DNA of 64,000 nucleotides from Oculina patagonica. Taxonomy: Eukaryota. Positions 22,401-33,000 of this stretch are shown here, piece after piece (positions within the stretch are counted from its first letter, which is position 1; every line of letters starts with the position of its first letter). The notes below the pieces were generated by a model. That model ran no database searches. It saw only the letters and a list, made by a program, of their open reading frames with translations, and was not told the origin of the DNA. A program made the translations under genes and the position numbers. The DNA lies in contig NC_135765.1 of assembly GCF_052425735.1 (NCBI RefSeq), positions 31,930,001 to 31,994,000 on the forward strand. Reading direction: 5' to 3'.

Positions 22401-24740
22401 TTGTTTTTTGTTTTGACTTTTTTTTCTGCGATCTTCTCAGAGAAGCTGCCAAACCTGCTCCTCAGCCGACTACCAGAGTAGCAGTTCACATTCCCTCACA
22501 ACAAGATCTGGAATCCGACTCGGACATTGAAGAGGTGCGCCATCCTCACGCTGAGTTTATTTACAACACGTTATCTGATGATTCCCTTTCTTGGCTCCGT
22601 CCACATTAATCCCGGCGAATAAATTGAAAAACGGAGAAATTTGAAAACGCAGTATAAAATATCTTTGTCCACACTAGTCTGGATAAATTTAAAAACGCAT
22701 CTATTTTGGTCAGAAATGGATAAAACGCGTTTTCAAATACCCACTTTGAAGAGCGTTTTCGAAAAGTTCCGTTTTCAAAATGTATTCCGTCCACAAAAAA
22801 ACGCAAAACCGGCGTTCAAATTTATCCACTTTAAGGAGCGTTTTCGAAAAGTTTCGTTTTCGGTGGACAATTTATACGGATTAGTGTGGACGGTTGGTCA
22901 AACGGGAGAAAAAATATTTGTTTTCAAATTTATCCGGATAAGTGTGGACGGGGCCTTGGTTGCTCATTGAGTATGTTTACAAGTGTATTATGTTTTGTAT
23001 TTGTAATACAGCTGGCTGCGGTTAAAACCATTCCCAAAGCCGCCCCAAGAGGGGAAAAAGTGAGTGTTTTTTTTTCTTTTAACCAAGGAAGCTGATTACT
23101 TTTGAGAAGTAGGAAGATAGATAGTAACTTTTTTTTGTCGTTTTAAAGGTTCGCGAGTTAGCTGAAACTCTGGAGCGTAGCTTGAGCTTCGGTTCTTCAA
23201 CCAAAAAACCTGCTGGCGGAGTCTCGCTTCACTTCCAGGGGAATGGTAACGAGAGAAGCGAGCCCCAGAGAACTTCTGCTCAGCAGTCCTCGGGACGACA
23301 GGTAAAAAGCATGCGCTCTTTGAAGAGTCTCTCTTACTGTATACATCTCTTCTTCCCTTTTTACTTTTCTAGCGTCAAGATCAAAAGATCGATACTCCTT
23401 ACTAATTGCCACTCATTTCTTTTAATGTTAGTTCTGAGAATTTGGTCGTAGGTCAAGACACTTAAATTCGTTGTCAACATACCTTCGTTTTGTGCTATGT
23501 AGTTTCTTGGAAAAAAAAGCTGAACTTTAAAGGGACTGTGTCACGGCTATGAACCGGTAAATGTTTGCAAAGACATTAATTCGCTGATTCTAAATGACAA
23601 AACCATAGCTTCATTGCAGCCAAATGTGTCTCCCGGGCGTTATAATTTAAAGTTACAAGCAGAAAGATTAACTTTGAAAACTGTTCCGCCGGACCATATC
23701 GCAATCCGTTTCAATCTTTCGACAGTTTTGGCCATCCATACCTTCTTTTAACGCGCATTTGGTGTGTTATTTAAATATTCCTTCACTGTTTTAAGAGGTT
23801 ATTTTATATATTTAAATGAGTTTGATGGTCATTCCCTATGCCTAAGTTTGGCTAAAATCCGTGACACAGTCCCTTGAATTTGATTTTTCTTTCTGGCGTT
23901 TCATTTTTTTTACCTCCCTCTCTTTTCTGTACCCTTATGAAATGTTTCGTATTTCATCCCACTTTGTTGGGAATGTGGCTTCATTTGTGTTTGTATCTCG
24001 TAGAATGAAGATGATGTCGATAGCGACTTCTCCATTTCCTCTATCGATGAGAAGACGCCAGGCAGACGGTAAGAATTGTGTACACGTTTCTTGTTAATGC
24101 TTTACTTTGCTTTATAAAAACTAAAATACGCTAAGAAAAACCCCACAGAAGGGAAAATTGGAGTTGATGAACAGCAAACGCGTCTGCCGGCGTAGAGTGG
24201 TTTTCGATTGAGTGTCGTAGAGTTAAAACCAAAGTAATTATTCTGGCTAGTCATAAAGGACACAGACAATCCAGTGAACCAATCAAAACTCGAAGCAAAT
24301 ACATGTAGCCGACGCGAAGCGCGGGAAAACGTGCGCGAGCGAGTCACGATTAGTTTTGGTTTTACTTGATCGGTTGAGAAAGTAGCGCGAGATTTTTAAA
24401 CCAATCACTAAGCGTAGTAATGAAAACTAAAGCAAACGCGAATTACTTTCGACACTCAAATGAAAACCGCTCTGTCTTACGTACTTGCCTTTTGTCTTAT
24501 TAGGGCACCCAATCAAGGTCGAGGAGCTTTACAGCCTCCAGGTAAGACTAAAATCTTGTTGCCTTATCGAGGCTGCTTTTTTTCAATTTATAAACAAAAT
24601 ATCATCTTGTTTCTTGTCCAGGTGGGGCGCAATCTACTGGCCGACAGAGTCCTGTGTTCGAGTTTAAAAGACCTCAACCCCAGGCTACACGCGTAGAAGC
24701 ATTCACGCATGACGATTTCTCCGATTTTGACGACGACTGA
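2033..24740 (+). CDS. DZIP1: DAZ-interacting zinc finger protein 1 / iguana (DZIP1/DZIP1L family), ~36 exons
   Basis: Phase-consistent exons 2033-2042, 4167-4220, 4922-5019, 5336-5413, 8340-8405, 8506-8643 and 9158-9424 give MSEGMNFSFGRRQEKIDWRRLASVDVDRIVREMDVKTLQDNIMHVTFSNIEAEL...DPNYIKLFRLAQLIIEYLLHSQQFL (Dzip-like N domain), a coiled coil and the C2H2 finger CPYCPKSFVSHEYVIAHLSRRH. Many small coiled-coil and low-complexity exons follow, then a conserved ILDQKLSKQGL...ERQARSK region (~19.9-20.7 kb). The last exon, 24622-24740, ends HDDFSDFDDD*. Middle exon boundaries are approximate. Confidence 0.85.
2920..3058. mobile_element. Palindromic hairpin element
   Basis: ACAATGCCTGACTTCCTCTATGGCGCACGCGTGCAGGGAATCATGGTA is mirrored by TACCATGATTCCCTGCAGGCATGCGCCATAGAGGGAATCGGGCACTGT. 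Confidence 0.6.
3427..3842. mobile_element. Tc1/mariner-type MITE
   Basis: TIRs CAGTAAAAACCTGCGTATAAGAAC / GTTCTTATACGCGGGTTTTTACTG, flanked by TA on both sides. Confidence 0.75.
5732..5868. repeat. Degenerate palindromic element
   Basis: GATTGGTCATGTTGTCAGGAAAAATGACAGATGTTGCTAGG is imperfectly mirrored by CCTAGCTACGTCTGTCATTTTGCCTGGCAACACAATCAATC. Confidence 0.5.
5969..8216. mobile_element. Non-autonomous DNA transposon (~2.25 kb) filling most of DZIP1 intron 4
   Basis: Perfect 15-bp TIRs CAAGGCTGTGCTCTA / TAGAGCACAGCCTTG, GC-rich subterminal GGTCGCCC/GGGTGCCC motifs and a flanking TAGGA direct repeat. No transposase ORF. Confidence 0.65.
7309..7729. mobile_element. PIF/Harbinger-type MITE nested in the 5969-8216 element
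   Basis: 24-bp TIRs GGCTACGTTTACACGGACACGGTT / AACCGTGTCCGTGTAAACGTAGCC, with left flank TAA. Confidence 0.75.
8750..9000 (-). mobile_element. Decayed SINE-like repeat (same family as 21540-22050 and 61700-61956)
   Basis: Shared GGATGGGATGCTAGTCCATCACAGGGTTAC...CATTTATACACCTGG...TCTTGCCC motifs. Further decayed copies lie near 12.2-12.4 kb, 29.8 kb and 59.7 kb. Boundaries are approximate. Confidence 0.5.
9158..9424 (+). CDS. DZIP1: DZIP1 exon encoding the C2H2 zinc finger and the start of the coiled coil
   Basis: tttttag|TGT CCA TAT TGC...CAC CTG TCA AGG CGA CAT...TCA CAG|gtttg; pattern C-x2-C-x12-H-x4-H. Confidence 0.85.
10080..10643. mobile_element. Multi-hairpin non-autonomous element (possibly Crypton-like)
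   Basis: The IR pair GTTCACCACTAAATTTTCT / AGAAAATTTAGTGGTGAAC abuts a ~185-bp near-perfect hairpin at 10459-10642 (ACAATAGAGTGTTTCTGTC...GACAGAAACACTCTATTGT). Confidence 0.6.
11865..12040. mobile_element. Short MITE with hAT-like ends
   Basis: Imperfect TIRs CAGGGATGTCGCTAAG / CTTAGCTACATCCCAG, with CTGAA on both flanks. Confidence 0.45.
13273..13531. repeat. Interrupted (CAT)n microsatellite
   Basis: Long imperfect ATC/CAT runs in a DZIP1 intron. Confidence 0.9.
14746..15118. mobile_element. MITE with 9-bp target site duplication (Mutator/Merlin-like)
   Basis: Ends are TCGACCGCGGTCAAA / TTTGACCGCGGTTAA, with GGTGTAGAA directly repeated at 14737-14745 and 15119-15127. Confidence 0.6.
15927..16213 (+). 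mobile_element. ~280-bp CCAAT-rich TA-flanked MITE family, copy 1
   Basis: Shares CCAATC...CAATCCAGTGAACCAATCAAAACTC...GAAGCGCGGGAAAACGTG with the other copies. TIRs are degenerate. Confidence 0.75.
16826..17178. mobile_element. Harbinger-like MITE with internal CGCAAGT repeats
   Basis: Ends are CCCTGGTCAAACGG / CCGTTTAGCCAGGCC. Homologous to 26595-26943. Confidence 0.7.
17241..17657 (+). CDS. 417-nt phase 1-1 exon within DZIP1 encoding a three-repeat beta-rich domain
   Basis: Acceptor ttgtttacag|GG GAA ACC and donor ACA C|gtatgt. 139 codons are open and in frame with the flanking phase-1 exons (16469-16522 and 18101-18154). Confidence 0.65.
18383..18832. mobile_element. TA-flanked MITE inserted next to a DZIP1 splice donor
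   Basis: TIRs CCTTATTACATGAAACTTTCGCGACAC / GTGTCGCGAAAATTTCATGTAATAAGG, with TA at 18381-82 and 18833-34. Confidence 0.8.
21540..22050 (-). mobile_element. tRNA-headed SINE (CORE-like middle) interrupted by a MITE
   Basis: On the minus strand: a tRNA-like head with GGGTTCGAG, then TGTGTTGTGTTTTTGGGAAAAGT...GTGTATAAATGGGTACC. The head is split at CAG by the 21790-22028 insertion. Confidence 0.65.
21790..22028. mobile_element. Harbinger-type MITE with CAG TSD
   Basis: TIRs GGCCCGGTTGTTCAAA / TTCGAACAACCCGGCC, with CAG duplicated. A related end lies at ~58176. Confidence 0.7.
22593..22955. mobile_element. Harbinger-type MITE
   Basis: Ends are GGCTCCGTCCACA / TGTGGACGGGGCC, with internal GAAAACG/CGTTTTC repeats. 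Confidence 0.7.
23531..23874. mobile_element. TTAA-targeting MITE (Kolobok/piggyBac-like)
   Basis: TTAA|AGGGACTGTGTCACGG ... CCGTGACACAGTCCCT|TGAA; perfect 16-bp TIR. Confidence 0.7.
24193..24473 (+). mobile_element. CCAAT-rich MITE family, copy 2
   Basis: TAGAGTGGTTTTCGATTGAGTGTCG ... CGACACTCAAATGAAAACCGCTCT. Confidence 0.8.
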
Positions 24741-26286
24741 GATTTCGGCTTCCCGAACATGTGTATCGGTCGCTTCTAGGAAATTCTCCGATGTAAATAT
24801 CATCAAAGCTGAAATACTGCAAGCGAAACAATGCTATAATGGTTTTGAACCAATTGTTGCGAAAATTAATAATGTTTATATTACTAAGGTTGGAGAGTAT
24901 ATTTATAGTTGGTGAGAATAAAATATTGTAATCAAAAAGTTCACAAAGAAGCATTGTAAAGTCAAGTTTCTGTATAGTTAGTTTTGTAGACTGCATACTT
25001 AGGGATTTTGTATTTAAAATGTACAGAGAATATTCTTGGGAGTATTTGCATTGTACAATTTTCTATTCTACACTCGATGTATAGACAAACCAGCTAGCAA
25101 CAAATGCCGTTTTTGAGAAACCCTCGTGAAGGTACCCGAAGCCCGTCCGTTTACCGTTGACCAATCAAATAACAACACGAGCACTCTTAAGCACACCGAA
25201 ACTGTCGCGTTGACGTCACAGCAGCTTGTCGTCTTGACAACACGTCAGTTGCTAGGAAGCCTCTTTTGAAAATCGCGGGCTCGATCAGTTCTTAGAGAAG
25301 GGCTTCCGATAAAGGCATTTGTTTCTAGCTCTCCTCCACTCGTAATTTGTATGTTTTTGGTGGCTTAAAAACATTTGCAGTTTTGCAGTTTATATACATG
25401 CGTTTCTTGATTAAAAGATATTTTGAAACATTTTGAGACTGTCTTTGATATCGATTGAACGTCTCGTGTAAAACAAATTTATAACCCGTGCATTTTCTGC
25501 TCATTAAAGCTGTTATGTCTTTCTAAGTGAAATGAAGAAGACTTGCATTTCACGATTACGTGTAGAAAGCAAAGAAAATAAACTCCAACAACGCTATATT
25601 TCTCTTTTTTTATTCTAAAATACCCGACAAGGTGGATTTTCACAGCTTTAAATACATGTCCAGTATTTTTAATTTGCATCGGGGCATGGGATAGTTTTCG
25701 ACAAGTTGTGACGCATAAAAAATGTACATCGTCAGTTAAAATACAGTACTCGATTTCAGCTTCCAAGCTTGTATGTTATCACCGTTTTAGCTTTTACATA
25801 AAAGATGAAGAGAAAGTTCGCCTCCGTTTACTCCCCTAACATGGGTATAACATCGAAGAAAATTAATGTACTTAGCAAATACAACTGAAATTTTTTGGGC
25901 GCCAGGTCTGATAGACCGTTCTGTACAATTAGGAACGCAAAATTTAACATTGGACTACAATTTAATATCTCCTCAGAGTGTCTGGTTTACCAAAAGAAAA
26001 AGGAAAGAATTCTGCTTTTCATCGCCACAAGCTATTTTCTCTAGCTGAGTCAGATCCTACAACCATCTGTTTTAAAAATTCTTACGAAACTCCAAGCTGT
26101 GGTTTGTTGACCAAAACAACCAAGTAGCTAGACGACTTCCCGAGATTGTTATAATTATAATTATTACAACTATCATCAATTATAATAATTGTAATAAATT
26201 ATAATATATTTTTCCCGCTGTTTCCTTAGTCAGTGCAATGACAAAAACTAGAATTGAAACCTAAAGATTGCTGGTGTGAAGAATAT

Positions 26287-29200
26287 TTAGTTGAAGTGAA
26301 ATTTGAACTGGAATCCTTCTCCAAATGGAAACCCGCCTTGATGCCAGTGATGGCCGCCACCGCTTTGTGCTTCTGGGTCAAGGGGATCTTCACCGCTGTC
26401 GTATTTTGCACGTTTTTCTGTTGAAAAAAAAAAAGAAAGAGAGAAAAAGAGAACAGTTAGATAAGTCCGTAAAAGAACTGACCACACTCCCTTTCCCCCA
26501 CAATACACCTTCGGGACTCTGCTCCCCCCCCCCCCCCCCCCTCCACTTCCCTCCCCCGCGCGCCTTTCAGCAACCCGTACTAATCATTTCCTTAAGCCCT
26601 GGCCAAACGGTAGCACAAGTGAACGCAAGTAATCGCAAGTTGAACTTGCGTACAGACTTACGTTTGGTGGCCAAACGGACACGCAAGTTTAGTCGCAAGT
26701 GCACGCAAGTTTGCAAAAAGCCATTTAAAATGCTACGAGGTGCAATTCAGTATTTGAAGTAAACTGCTGCAAAAAATACGTTAACTTGCGTTGGGTGGCC
26801 AAACGGTTCAAATTTGATCTCGACCAAACAAAACTCAAGCAAATGCAAGTGTACGCAGGTCAACGTAAGTGCGCGCAAGTCCTGGCCAAACGGAGACGCA
26901 ATTTTCAACTTGCGTCTACTTGCCTTGCCGTTTGGTCAGGGCTACAAAGCAATAACCACTCAGCCTTTTTTCGGCAAATTTCGTGGGATCACTCAAACAG
27001 TTCCCAACGATAATAACCAATCAGGAAACCGCTAGCGCACTGAATGACAGTGTCACGTCAGCTTTTCGTCACTAGATGACGTCATGTTGCTTAGCCACCC
27101 CGCTTAAAAAAAACGCGGGTTCAATAAATTCTCCGGACAGGAATCGATTATTTTTTATCATTTTTAAGCAAAATACGTAGCAAAAAACTTTTCCTACCAG
27201 GGTCAGTGAGCACTTCTTTAGCAGCAGCGATGTCAATGAACATTTTCTCGGCTTTCTTCTTATCATCACCTTCATAGTGATCAGGATGCCATTGTACAGC
27301 TAGCTTACGATATGACTTCAAAATTTCCTTCTTTGTTGCTGTCCTAAAAAACGAAACAACAAATTTCTTAGGGGCTAGACGTACTGTTAATAAATACTCT
27401 ATACAATATGTGAAGTAATATTTATCAACTAGACAAGAATTTCCTTAAATTAAAATCCAATAAACTGAACAATCTAGTTAAAAACCAGGAGACGACACAA
27501 AAAACTTATGTCCTCTTAAAAGCGTTACCTTTTCAATCCTAATATTTTATAATAATCCCGCTTCTGTGATTGCTTTTGTAGTTTTTGTGCTCTGTCAAGA
27601 CCTTCTTGAACCTAAAATCAATTTATAAAGTACACAACTATTAAGAATAAATGCGAGACAAGTCACTATATATGTTTGTTAATACTGTCGGTAGAATAAT
27701 AGCCATGTCACGAGCCAGTTGCAGTCGGAAACAATTCTGAGTTCTCTTGTCGGACAGGATTTGAACTCTTCGCTTCCTTCCAGACAACAATCAGCTACTT
27801 TAGCCACTTGGCTACCAAAAACTCGTACAGTCAACTCCCGCCTTGCGGACACCTCGCTACGGACAGGAGTTGAAGTCCCGGCGAATAAGTTACTGAAAAT
27901 AGAGCAGTTTACAATTGAGTAAAACCAAAACCAAAGTAATTACACTGGCCAATCACAAACGACACAGACAATCCAGTGAACCAATCAAAACTCGAAGCAA
28001 ATACATGTAGCTGGCTCGAAGCGCGGGAAAACGTGCGCGAGCGAGTCACGATTGTTTTTGGTTTAAGTTCCGATTGGCTGAGAAAGTGGCGCGAGATTTT
28101 GAAGCCAATCACAGAGCGAAGTAATGCAAAACCAAAGCAAACGCAAATTACTTTCGACACTCAATTGAAAACTGCTCTAACTCTCGCTACTAAGGACTTT
28201 CTCTATAGCGGATACCAAATTGTCTTACTTATTCTCACAAATTTTTTTAATGTTAGTTCTGAGAATTTGGGTCAAGACAATATCTCCTAGCTGATAATTT
28301 TCTTTATTCTCATCACATGTCTGCTTGATAATGTATTGATTTTTAAGGAGACGACAGATGCTTATCAGCCTACCTTGTGTAAGTGTTCATTGATAGTCTT
28401 CGCTTTCTGGTAATCAGTTACAGCTGTGGATAAACAATCAAATCTATTAAAAGATTAAAGCAGATTACAAGCACTCTCTGTTTTCTATCCTGGTGCGTCT
28501 GTTAAGGAGAGTAAACGCGGTAAAAAATTGGACCCGCGAAAACTAAAGGGCGCACAGCGCGCCATGACTCACCACGTTATAAGTTTGACATTTTGTTTGT
28601 TTTCTGTTGGCTTTTCAAACTTCCTGACCAATCAAATTGTTCATCGTCGCACGAGCTATTCGCACGTGCGGATGCTGCTTTGAACCTTCTTGATTGGCCA
28701 AGCAACAAGGACACCAACATAAAGCAAAACGTTGAACCTTTACAACTACGTCACAGGGTAATTCCTGTAGAAAAACGAAAGGGCACTGGTAAATAGAAAT
28801 GAAAACGACATTTTCGTACCTTCATCATACATCTCATTCAGTATGTGTGCTTCGGCTCTGTCGCACAATGCGTCAACATCGTTTTCGTCAACTTTCAACG
28901 CTTCATTGCACTGTTTGATAGCATCGCTGGGATTATTAAGCTGAAAAATACAACAAATAACTTTTAAAAAAGAAGCATATTAAAACAAGAGTTATGTGAG
29001 CAGTTCAGGGACATGTGGTTCATCCAATCAGATATCTGTCGCGTTCCAAAGTGTTATGACGTCGGCTAATACGTCATCAGGTAAGTCATGCTACCTAGCA
29101 ACAGCTCTGCAGAAGACTGCAGCCTTAGTCAACTTTTGCCCATTCTCATCCCCAGTCCTAGTTTCTAGGACTTCCGGTCTTCATGTATGTAGTCATGACG

Positions 29201-29973
29201 TTTCAAAAGAACGTATGAGAGAGTCGTTACGTTTTCGACTTCCGTTTAGGAATTCTTTGTTCCAAACAGCCAATCAAAAAAATTCGAATTAATTCAAAAA
29301 TCCTATGTTCCTAGAGCCCTCCGTTTTCTCGTGCCAAGCCGGTAAAGAGAAACGAAATCCGCTTTGGGTGACATGACTGATACGGCTGTTTGTTCCGGTG
29401 ACGTCACTGAAAGGAAATTGCGGTCAAGGCCAATGAAAAAGCTGAACAGCTTCTACTCAAAGTCAACTTGTGGCCATAAATAACTTACATTCTGTGTTTG
29501 AATCTGAATTAAAATAAAATGAGAAAACAATTTAGTTGCTAACCTTGAGGTAACAGTGGCACAGCTGTCGTCTTGCCTTGCCCACAAGAGAAGGGATTTT
29601 AGACTCTGTTTTGAGCGCTTGTTTTAGTTTGGACAACGCTTCTTCGTATCTGTAAAACAGTCAGATAATATTATCATTGGTTAGACCACTGTTAACGTGC
29701 ATGAGATAACAAGTTTACAAGTACACGTTTGTGAGAAACAGGGGGTTGGGGAGGGGGCTTTTCACACTCTGGTTTCTGTATGTAACAAGAAGTGATTAGA
29801 AGTACTGCTACTCCCCTTGGATGGGATGCTGGTCTATCACTGGTTAATTCCCCTGCGATTTGTCAGCCATGGACGGCGGAGCATTTTCCCAACTGGGGGG
29901 GCTAACTAGTGACTTGAAGTGGGGGGCTTAAAAGACTCTTCTCTTATTAATTTTTTTTTCTGTAAAAGTGTGT

Positions 29974-30004
<31 letters not shown>

Positions 30005-33000
30005 GGGGGCTAAAGCCCCCCCAGCCCCCCCGGCTCCGCCATCCCTGTCAGCTTGCCCCAACAATACCCTTCTTCCAATTCATGTGCTTTGGTGGGGAGT
30101 GAGGCACTGCAAGTACTCAAAGAGGCACTTTGACATGCATAGTCTAATACATGATCAAACCCATGCACCCCACCCCAACTAGGTGTACAAATTCTGGCTA
30201 GCAACAAATGTATTGCCAAACTGGAAAAACTAATTGATTTAACCTACATGCATCCTATCTCGGTGGAATGAAAATCAGTTACCTTTACTTACAGAAGCCA
30301 AAATTTTGTGCTAGAATTGATGCAAGATGAGACAGGCTCTTAACTTGCTTTACAAATAAACAAAAGAAGACCAAAAAAAAAAAAATTAAAGCACATTAAT
30401 ATTGATCACAACTTACTCTCCATGGTTGATCAATTCTTGAGCTGCTTGCATCTGTTTATTCAACTTTTTAAGTTTCTACACAGAAAAAGAAGGACAAACA
30501 TTTATTTATTAATTACTATGGGAGGTAATTAACATAAAGTTCAATTTCCTTGGCTGAGATAGGTAACCTCCATTCATCAAAATAACTTAGAGATTTAATT
30601 ATTCTCTACATCTAGTCATGTTATCTAAAGAGAATTTTTGTTTGCACAAACCTTATAGAAAGGAAAGCATTCTTTGTGGTCAGGATCAAGCTTGAGACAT
30701 TCTCGAATTTCCCTGAAATTTGCATAAACAAATCAAAAACTGAATAATGTACATGGAATATAACATGATAACATCCTACCTGCAAAAAAAATGACAAGAA
30801 AGCTTTGCATGTTAGATGTATTCACAAAGTATTGCCTTTACTTTGAACAAGAGAAGGTAATGTATCCCACCCCTCCCCCCATTGTAGTGGGAAACTGTGT
30901 GACCATCACATAACAAAGCATTTAGTCACATAACAAGTTGAAACCGGTCATCAGAGAGAGTAATTTTCAGGTTTCCATGTTGTTGAATCCTGGTTGAATA
31001 AAGGTTGTTGTGTTTACTTGAGCAACAACTTTGACCTTCTACACCATCCCCCACATACGTTTTAAACTTAACCAGTTTAGTTAAAACACGGCAGGGCTTT
31101 TAAAAAGGCCCCACACCCGTCAAAGCTCCATCGGGTATGCTGACTGTGGTGAAACTAAATGTACAGTTCCCTATGGAGGGGAGATGTTTTCAGCTTCTTA
31201 TATTGCTCTCTGACAGATATCACACACTGAGAGCCACCTACTTCAAATGTTATTAGCTGTTATTGAAAGCCTTGAAAAAGTAAAGTTCACTTACCTCAGT
31301 GCATCCTCTAATTCTCCCATTTCATAATGCAATTCACTGAGTCTAAGATAAGCTGCCGTGTTGTCAGGTATAAGTTTTGTGGTAGGCCTGAAATAAAATA
31401 TGACAAAATACTTATTACCAACAGCAGTTGGCAAAAAAGGCACAAATATTCAAAATAAACAAAACACTTTTTGGCAGGAGGCTAAAAAGTTGGTTATTTA
31501 CAAAGCATGAAAAGCATGAAAGTTGAACTCAGGACTACCAAGAAAATGAAGCTATTGGCAGGATGAAGGACTTAAACCTGGGACCTCTGGAGGACAAGAC
31601 CATGCCCCAAACCATTTTGCCATGTTGATTGTCAAAAATATTTGTTGTGTTGTTAAATATTGGCTGCATTGAAAACCAGTTCATAGATCACACAGCAAAT
31701 TTATAATTATCTAAATTATCTCGTTATCAGTACAATGTATTGTAGCATTCAAAATTACTTAATATCAAGACTGTCTGTCAGACTTACTTGATGTCTGAAA
31801 TTGCACTTATGAAGTCTCCCATATTTTCATGGCAATCAGCTCTCATTAATCTTAGCTCAGTATCCCATGGGGCAACCTAAGAAAAAGAAACAAGATACCT
31901 CCAACATTTGATTTTTTTGACAGGAAAAAGAGTTTTAACGTAAATTGATGGTGGAAAAACTTTTTCTTGCAAAATTATACGACCTCAAACCTGATTAATA
32001 AGAGAAGTATATTGCACACGTAATATATTACCTCTATTGCTCTTCCTAATAACTCTATAGCTCTTGGGTAATCTCCCATATTAACAGCATCTCTCGCTTC
32101 TATAACATCTCTTTTGATGGGTTCTATGACACTTAACTGAAAGGACAAACAAAACATAACTAAATAAAGAAAACTGAAAATGGAAGAATTTTTCATTTCT
32201 TCTATTCACAAAACATGTTAATTACACACCTGTTGCAATGCTTCAGGATTATCTGGACTTTTGCGTAACTGAAAAAAATCGTAAACTGATCATTAAGGTC
32301 TGACAGTGATGTCCATGATGGTTGGTGCAGTGCCTTGGATCCAGAGGTCCCAGACAACCATGATACAAAATCAAACCAGACATGTTTTTACTTCATGCTA
32401 TGGTTGTTTTATCATAGATGTTATTTTTCAAAGTTATACTATTTGTGATTCAGTAATTAAATGCTCATTGCACTGTCTTACCACTGCTTCATAATCAATG
32501 TGTGCTTCATCTAGCCTTCCTTGTTTAAGTAAAACATTTCCTCGTCGTAACCGTGCCTGTTAAAACAAAAACAGGCCATAACCCATCAAATTCCCATGTT
32601 TTTAAAGTCTATGATTTATGAGAAAATTTAACAAAAAATACACATCTACATATTTTATTATTTCATTCTTTCATTGTCATATTTTGGCTGTACGTTCTAG
32701 CCAAGTCCAATTCTCACAGTTAAGACTCTTCAGGGGTCTTTTGAACAGCATCAAAACCAGGGTTATGTATGACTGGTGCAAAAATGAGTGTTCCACACAT
32801 AAAAGAAAATAGAAGAAGGATTTTATGTAACGATTAATTTCAGAATCCGGAGCCATCTGACAATTTAGAAAATAACATAAAGAAGGCAAGGCCGAAAAGC
32901 TTACCGTAATCATTGTAAAAACCAAGTTTTGGTTTATTACAAGAATTAGCGTTCCTGGAAACCTTTCATATCAAGAACCTTAAGCCTAGCATTAATGAAG

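Noticed and set aside
27909-28160. Recurrent ~80-100 aa ORFs (also at 15949, 24102, 50872, 56410, 60421) resembling a small protein family
   Set aside because: All are translations of the same MITE, with inconsistent starts and frameshifts.
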